Below are positions 58,805 through 64,000 of a DNA stretch of 64,000 bases, in pieces. A model generated the notes under the pieces. That model saw only the letters and a program-made list of their open reading frames with translations. It searched no databases and had not been told where the DNA came from. The DNA is from Thermoproteota archaeon (lineage in GTDB: Archaea > Korarchaeota > Korarchaeia > Korarchaeales > Korarchaeaceae): NCBI GenBank assembly GCA_026986575.1, contig JALSOH010000006.1, forward strand, positions 384,001 through 448,000. Reading direction: 5' to 3'. Numbering within the stretch: the first letter of the stretch is position 1; every line of letters begins with the position of its first letter. The position numbers and the translations under genes are program-made.

Positions 58805-60292
58805 ATGTCTTGGCGGAGGATAGCTGAGGTCGTTGCTAGGGAAGCAGCCTACAGGTCGAGGAGGGAGGCTGAAAGGAGCCTCCGCTTCTTCAGGATGAGC
58901 GGAGGGAGCATGCTCAAGTACAACGCGTTCCTCCTCGCTGTGTTTACCTTCATGTCCTCCATGATCGGCCTGAGCGCCTTCAGCGGGCCCGAGGTGGCAT
59001 ATCTAACCCTGATAATGCTGTTCCTGATGGAGATCCTTATGGGAGTGCTATTCATGGCCCTCAACCTCCAAGTACTCGTCTCGGACAGGCTCCTCGATCC
59101 GATATTCCACCTCCCGGTGAGCGAGCCTGAGATAAGGAGGGCGCTCCTCTGGGTGGGCATCTACTGGGGAGGCGCCGCCTTACCCTTCGTCCTGATTCCC
59201 GGGGCTGCCGTGGAGTCCTACCTCTTAAGAGATCCCCTCATCCTGGTGGGGGCGATAATGGGCTCACTCATCGCCTTGGTCCTGTCAATGGCCCTCGGCT
59301 ACTTGGCAGGTTCTCTAGCCACTAGGTACACGAGGAGTCTTAAGGGAAGGGCCGTCTCCACGGTAGTTTGGCTCCTAGTCCTGAGCGTGGGATTCATCAT
59401 GGGCCCCCTTATGGACGCTGTCTCCCAGCTCTACGAGGGCGGAGCCGTTCAAGCTCTGTACATGGTACCCCCGATAAGCTTTGCAGTGATGTTCGAGAGC
59501 TCCGGGGCCCTGTTGTCCTCTCTTCTCCTAGTTCTAGTCTCATATATCCTATTCAGGACTGGTACATCCAGATTCTGGAGGGTGGTCACGAGAGGAGAAG
59601 TCCCCTTGCCCAAGAGACCGGCTAAATGGAGCCTGAGTTTCGGTTTCACTGCCGCCTTAATGAAGGAGGTGAAGATGGCCACTAGGACACCCAGGATCTT
59701 CGCATCCATCATAATGTATTCCTTTATCTTCCCACTCGTCTTTATATTCCCCTTCTTCAGCGAGGGACTGCCACAGGGGTTTTCGGGTTTCCTCGCCCCC
59801 CTGGTCCTCGCGGTAGGGGGTCTCGGTGGCTTCTCCATCCTTTACCTTTACGTGATGGAAGCCTCTGGAGCCAAAACCCTATACTCGCTCCCCCTCACGA
59901 GGGGCAGGGTAGCCTTGGTGAAGTTTTACACATTCCTGACGGTAAACATGCCCGTAGCGATTCTGATAGCGGCAGCGCTCGCTGTGCTAATGCCCAACGG
60001 TGCAATACCCGCCCTCATATATCTGGCAGCCCTCTCCGGATCAGCCCTACTAAATTCACTGACCTACGCTCTTCTCTTACCGAAGGAACCCTCCCACTGG
60101 TCCACCGAGACCTTCGGCAGAACTCTCGTGGCGGTACTCTTCCTGATAGAGGGGATGGCCTACTTCTCCGTGGGAATCGCCTCCCTCTTCCTGCCTAATG
60201 GGCTCCGGGCTACTACTTCCCTCATCACCTTAGCAGCGATCTGGATCGTGGATTCGATCCTCCTCACCGTGAGTGGAAGGAGGGCCTTGTAA
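58805..60292 (+). CDS. Multi-TM ABC exporter permease
   Basis: About 12 TM helices, directly downstream of the ATPase. Confidence 0.8.
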   Translation: MSWRRIAEVVAREAAYRSRREAERSLRFFRMSGGSMLKYNAFLLAVFTFMSSMIGLSAFSGPEVAYLTLIMLFLMEILMGVLFMALNLQVLVSDRLLDPIFHLPVSEPEIRRALLWVGIYWGGAALPFVLIPGAAVESYLLRDPLILVGAIMGSLIALVLSMALGYLAGSLATRYTRSLKGRAVSTVVWLLVLSVGFIMGPLMDAVSQLYEGGAVQALYMVPPISFAVMFESSGALLSSLLLVLVSYILFRTGTSRFWRVVTRGEVPLPKRPAKWSLSFGFTAALMKEVKMATRTPRIFASIIMYSFIFPLVFIFPFFSEGLPQGFSGFLAPLVLAVGGLGGFSILYLYVMEASGAKTLYSLPLTRGRVALVKFYTFLTVNMPVAILIAAALAVLMPNGAIPALIYLAALSGSALLNSLTYALLLPKEPSHWSTETFGRTLVAVLFLIEGMAYFSVGIASLFLPNGLRATTSLITLAAIWIVDSILLTVSGRRAL

Positions 60293-61679
60293 CTTCCCTC
60301 TCCCCCTTACTCTCCATCTCCGACTCTGAAGAGGGCCAAAGCAGGTCCTCCCTGAGGGAGCCCATCAGGCACACGTATGATATGAAGATCCCCAAGCTCA
60401 TTACCATTAGTGAGGGCTCCACCAAGTAGGTCAGCCAGACGTTCCCGTATGGATTGGGGGAGTAAGGACCGGGCGGGTTCCCGAGCATGTACAGGTTCAC
60501 GGATATGGCCGCTGCACCGAAGCCCAGCAAGGAGAACCATCCTCCTAGCTTGACCCACTTGGACGTCCCTAGGAGGTCGGCGGGCCAGCTCAGGTATATC
60601 AAGAGGACGATGATCCCCCACATGCCCACCAGGATGTGCCAGTGTCCCACGTTGTAGGCCAGCTCGGCCCAATCCCACAGGGGATCTCTGAAGGGTGGGT
60701 TGAAGAAGAGGGGCTTCCTCAAGCTCATGGCTACCAAGGCACCGGGAATCGTGACCGACAGCCACATTATCGCATTACCGGTGAGGAGCCCCCACTTCAA
60801 ACTATCTCCCTTTGCCTTGAGGCTGAGGAGAGTTGTCCCTACCAGCAGGATGAGGGCTGCTGGAGTTATGATCACATGGGCCACCTTTCCGAACGGCCAG
60901 ACGGCGAAGCTAGCCACTGCAGCCATTAGCTGTCCCAGCCATATCAGGTGGAGGGCTAGCCTAGACACCCCCCTCTCTTCCACCCTCAGGAGGCTCACTG
61001 CTACCAGGAAGACCAAGCTAAGGGCTAGGAGAAGCATCGCGTGCTCGTGAGCAGTAAGAGCCCTCCAAAGGGAATCCTCCTCCGCAAGATCGGGATTGAA
61101 CCGCGCCTCGATGAGGGCCTTCAATAAACCCGATCTCCCCTCCATGAAACTGGATCCTAGGTAACCTCCGATCACGGAGCCAGCGAGCATGAGAACGCCA
61201 GATAACCTTAGGTTGGATTCAAGCAGGTTATGGGGATGAAGCCTCAAAACTGTCAGCAATCCGGCTAGGAATATGGCAGCAAGGCCTGTTATGAATAGCC
61301 CATGCCACAGGTGGAAGGATCCGGCGTAGGAGTAAGCGAGCCCCCCTAAAACTGTAAGGACAGAGCCCACGGAGAACAGGTTTATTAAATCATTTCCCAG
61401 TCTCATCCTCGTTATCAAAGGTATCATGGAGGCATAAATGAGTAGAGAGAAGATTGTGTGGTAGATGAAGGTTATCCTGGCTAAGTACTCTTCTCCTTCA
61501 TTTATCGAAATTATCTCAGCCGCCCCTACGCTCTCATTATATCTACTACCTGGGAGGTGAACGGGCAATCCCAAGTGAACCCTCACTTCGGTGAACTGTG
61601 GAGAGAGAATTACTAGAAAGCCTACTACTAGGACCAGTAGTGTCGACGAGAGAGCAATGTGGAAGCGGAGTTCATTCAT
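60264..61679 (-). CDS. Polytopic membrane protein with several intramembrane His (possible heme/metal binding)
   Basis: About 12 TM helices; YHT, WHG, AHEH, AHV and GHWH. Confidence 0.6.
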   Translation of the reverse strand: MNELRFHIALSSTLLVLVVGFLVILSPQFTEVRVHLGLPVHLPGSRYNESVGAAEIISINEGEEYLARITFIYHTIFSLLIYASMIPLITRMRLGNDLINLFSVGSVLTVLGGLAYSYAGSFHLWHGLFITGLAAIFLAGLLTVLRLHPHNLLESNLRLSGVLMLAGSVIGGYLGSSFMEGRSGLLKALIEARFNPDLAEEDSLWRALTAHEHAMLLLALSLVFLVAVSLLRVEERGVSRLALHLIWLGQLMAAVASFAVWPFGKVAHVIITPAALILLVGTTLLSLKAKGDSLKWGLLTGNAIMWLSVTIPGALVAMSLRKPLFFNPPFRDPLWDWAELAYNVGHWHILVGMWGIIVLLIYLSWPADLLGTSKWVKLGGWFSLLGFGAAAISVNLYMLGNPPGPYSPNPYGNVWLTYLVEPSLMVMSLGIFISYVCLMGSLREDLLWPSSESEMESKGEREVTRPSFHSR

Positions 61680-61716
61680 GAGATCCCCCTCTTCTTCCTG
61701 TTCAGACTTATTAACA

Positions 61717-61728
61717 TGACACCTGTCA
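61717..61728. promoter_or_regulatory. Palindromic operator TGACA-CC-TGTCA
   Basis: 38-49 bp upstream of the 61679 start; matches 62273-62284. Confidence 0.5.
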
Positions 61729-61795
61729 AATTGATGTAAGCTCGATGACCGATACGCTTCGGCGAGTAGTGAATCGAACTATCGGTTTGAACAGA

Positions 61796-62089
61796 TTATC
61801 TCTTGAGGCGATTCTCCAACTCATTCAATACTTCATCAAAATCCTTACCTCTCCTAATGAGATCACCGATCTGGATCACCAATCTTTCTATCTCCGAGAA
61901 CGTACCCTCGTCAAATTTCGTGTTAAGAATATAGTTTATGAGGGCGCCTATCCTCTCCGGATCCCCTGAGATCTCTTGCAGGTTTCTTAGTTCCTCAACT
62001 ATAGCGCTTTCCCTCATCCTTCTGTATTTGTCCTCGCTATCACTTCTCAAAGCTTCCTCCCAAGATTTGAAGAAGCCCATATTCATCAT
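61796..62089 (-). CDS. Hypothetical small acidic helical protein
   Basis: 97-aa ORF with protein-like composition filling the gap; no motif. Confidence 0.5.
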   Translation of the reverse strand: MMNMGFFKSWEEALRSDSEDKYRRMRESAIVEELRNLQEISGDPERIGALINYILNTKFDEGTFSEIERLVIQIGDLIRRGKDFDEVLNELENRLKR

Positions 62090-62270
62090 GAATAGGCGAA
62101 AGCTAGACTTAATAATGTAATCTTAGGCGCGCATTCCTCATGAAAACGAGGCTGGACAAGAATGGAGGTGAGATGATCTCCTGGGGTCCTAGAAAGAAAG
62201 TGTGAGATTACTAACAATATAAACCTGAACCTAGAATTTGAATTAGGTTAACCTAAACTTTAATAGGTAA

Positions 62271-62286
62271 TATGACACATGTCATA
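62271..62286. promoter_or_regulatory. Palindromic operator TATGACA-CA-TGTCATA
   Basis: Perfect inverted repeat just downstream of a TTTAATA box and just before the DUF438 start. Confidence 0.55.
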
Positions 62287-63606
62287 ATGATGGCTATGAG
62301 CAGGCAGGAGTGGATGGAGGAGAAGCTTGATCAGGTGAGGGAGATCCTTAAGGAGCTACACAAGGGTGCAGATTTTGAGGAACTCAAAGAGAGGTTCAGG
62401 GAGGTACTTCGCGGCGTATCCCCATGGGAAATACCCTTGGTGGAGCAGGAACTGGTGGCCCAAGGCATCTCTCCCCTTGAGATAGCCGCTCTCTGCGATC
62501 TCCACGTCGCCCTCTTCAGGGAATCTCTTATGGACTCCCGCTTGGAGGGTATCGAACCGGGTCACCCTCTGGACACATTCCTTAGGGAGAACGAGGAGAT
62601 CCTCAAAGACTCTGAGAAGCTCATGCTCTACGCGAACTCCCTCCCCAAGGTAGAGGGAGGCAGCAGGAAGGAGGTGTTCGATCAACTCAGTAAACTCGCC
62701 TCGGAGCTGAGGGGGATAAGGAGGCACTTTGTTCGATTACAGTTCCTTCTCTTCCCCTACATAGAGAGGAGAGGACTAACTGCGGTTCCGAGAGTTCTCT
62801 GGACGAAGCAGGATCAGGTAATGGCAAAGATAAGGAAACTGAACCAGATACTATCCGAGGGGAAGTTGGAGGATGCGGAGTACATATTGGAACTCAGGTC
62901 CCTCTCGGACGAGCTCTCTAGGGCATTGGTGGACATGGTGTTCAGGGAGAACAGGATACTCTATCCGACTGTCAGGATCCTACTGAGCGAGGAAGAGTGG
63001 TCCGCCGTCAAGCTGGAAGAGCCCGAGGTGGGTTACTACAAGGTCGAGCCTAGAGAGGGCTGGGAGCCCAAGGATCCGGTGTACCCTCACGAGGTGGAGT
63101 CGGGCATAACCGAGGAGCAGATATCCCGCATGCCCGAGGAAATGAAGGCTATGACCTCCCTCATGGAAAAAAGGGACGATCACGTACTGGTGAGGGCTGG
63201 CGACTTGGAGCTGAAAAACGGTTACATCTCCCTGAAGGAGATGGACGCCCTCCTGAGGACCTTACCCTTTGAGATAACCTTCGTGGATGCTGATGACAGG
63301 CTCCGCTACTACAATTACAGGCCGGGACTCATATTCTACCGCTCGAGGACGGTGCTGGGGAGAAAGGTGGAACTCTGCCACCCGCCGGGCAGCGTCCACA
63401 TAGTGAAGAAGATCGTGGAGGAGTTCAGAGCGGGCAAGAGGGATGTGGCTGAGTTCTGGATAGATATGGGGGGAAGAAAAGTGTACATAAGGTACTTCCC
63501 CGTCAGGGGGGAGGACGGCGAGTACCTTGGAACGGTGGAGGTGGTTCAGGACATTACCGACATAAAGGGGATAGAAGGGGAGAAGAGACTTCTAGGCGAG
63601 GCCTGA
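62287..63606 (+). CDS. DUF438 + hemerythrin-like + PAS domain protein
   Basis: SPWEIPLVEQEL, LCDLH, GHPL..F.REN, MVFREN.ILYP and FVDADD...GRKVELCHPP. Confidence 0.85.
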   Translation: MMAMSRQEWMEEKLDQVREILKELHKGADFEELKERFREVLRGVSPWEIPLVEQELVAQGISPLEIAALCDLHVALFRESLMDSRLEGIEPGHPLDTFLRENEEILKDSEKLMLYANSLPKVEGGSRKEVFDQLSKLASELRGIRRHFVRLQFLLFPYIERRGLTAVPRVLWTKQDQVMAKIRKLNQILSEGKLEDAEYILELRSLSDELSRALVDMVFRENRILYPTVRILLSEEEWSAVKLEEPEVGYYKVEPREGWEPKDPVYPHEVESGITEEQISRMPEEMKAMTSLMEKRDDHVLVRAGDLELKNGYISLKEMDALLRTLPFEITFVDADDRLRYYNYRPGLIFYRSRTVLGRKVELCHPPGSVHIVKKIVEEFRAGKRDVAEFWIDMGGRKVYIRYFPVRGEDGEYLGTVEVVQDITDIKGIEGEKRLLGEA

Positions 63607-63632
63607 AATCGTGAAAATGCATTGGATGAAGG

Positions 63633-63992
63633 CTACCCCTCCAGATGGGCTCTCCTGCCCGAGACCTCCACATCACATCCTCCTTTCTTCACAGATACGA
63701 TGGCCAGCTCGTTCTCAGCGAGCTCCCTCAGGGAGAGCGATAACGTCCCACAGGAGAGCTTAACCGTGCTCGTCCAGTTCAGGACGTAAATGCCATCCAT
63801 CAATTTGATGTACTTGAGGCCTTGGACGGGCTGCCTCCAGTTGGTAAATATGCCCCTCGTATATATCACCTGGGGAGGGACTAGCCTGTGTTCAGAGCAA
63901 TCTGGGATCTCCACGGATTCATTGGCCACTTTGACCGCAGCGCCCTCAGGCATCCTGAGGAGCAGGACGGGTGTGTGGACGTACATGTCCAT
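63633..63992 (-). CDS. 3' part of a hypothetical protein (probably continues beyond the window)
   Basis: Open frame up to the window edge; no motif. Confidence 0.4.
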   Translation of the reverse strand: MDMYVHTPVLLLRMPEGAAVKVANESVEIPDCSEHRLVPPQVIYTRGIFTNWRQPVQGLKYIKLMDGIYVLNWTSTVKLSCGTLSLSLRELAENELAIVSVKKGGCDVEVSGRRAHLEG

Positions 63993-64000
63993 GAGCCTCT

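Overview
Window from a thermophilic archaeon (archaeal aroA'/aroD, tungsten AOR, PolB2, M32 carboxypeptidase and GGTG-type RBSs; a TACK/Korarchaeota-like origin is my inference only). Left part: housekeeping and catabolic genes, including a polyamine ABC transporter clustered with a saccharopine-dehydrogenase-family enzyme, an aldehyde:ferredoxin oxidoreductase and a class III aminotransferase, an AbiE-like pair and an arginine-deiminase-family gene. At the 3' end of that gene sits a ~3.8 kb AT-rich island bounded by a perfect 36-bp direct repeat. It encodes a small His-rich hydrophobic peptide with SpoIIM/DUF95, Yip1-like and ABC-permease genes, resembling a circular-bacteriocin cassette. Middle: a DNA-damage neighbourhood (SPL-like radical SAM, PolB2, RadA-like, arCOG07300-like), a KaiC-family ATPase with a 540-aa LAGLIDADG intein and a stand-alone AEP primase. 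Right: an ~18.5 kb divergent type I-D-like CRISPR-Cas locus (cas10d, putative cas11d, cas7/csc2, cas5/csc1, cas3', cas6, cas1-2-4) with an array of 25 full 37-bp repeats and long 36-61 bp spacers. The best candidate for an undescribed system is a PD-(D/E)xK nuclease + multi-wHTH protein + P-loop ATPase trio translationally coupled to cas1-cas2-cas4. Several homopolymer frameshifts suggest assembly errors that affect gene calls. All family assignments come from motifs recognised by eye; no searches were run.
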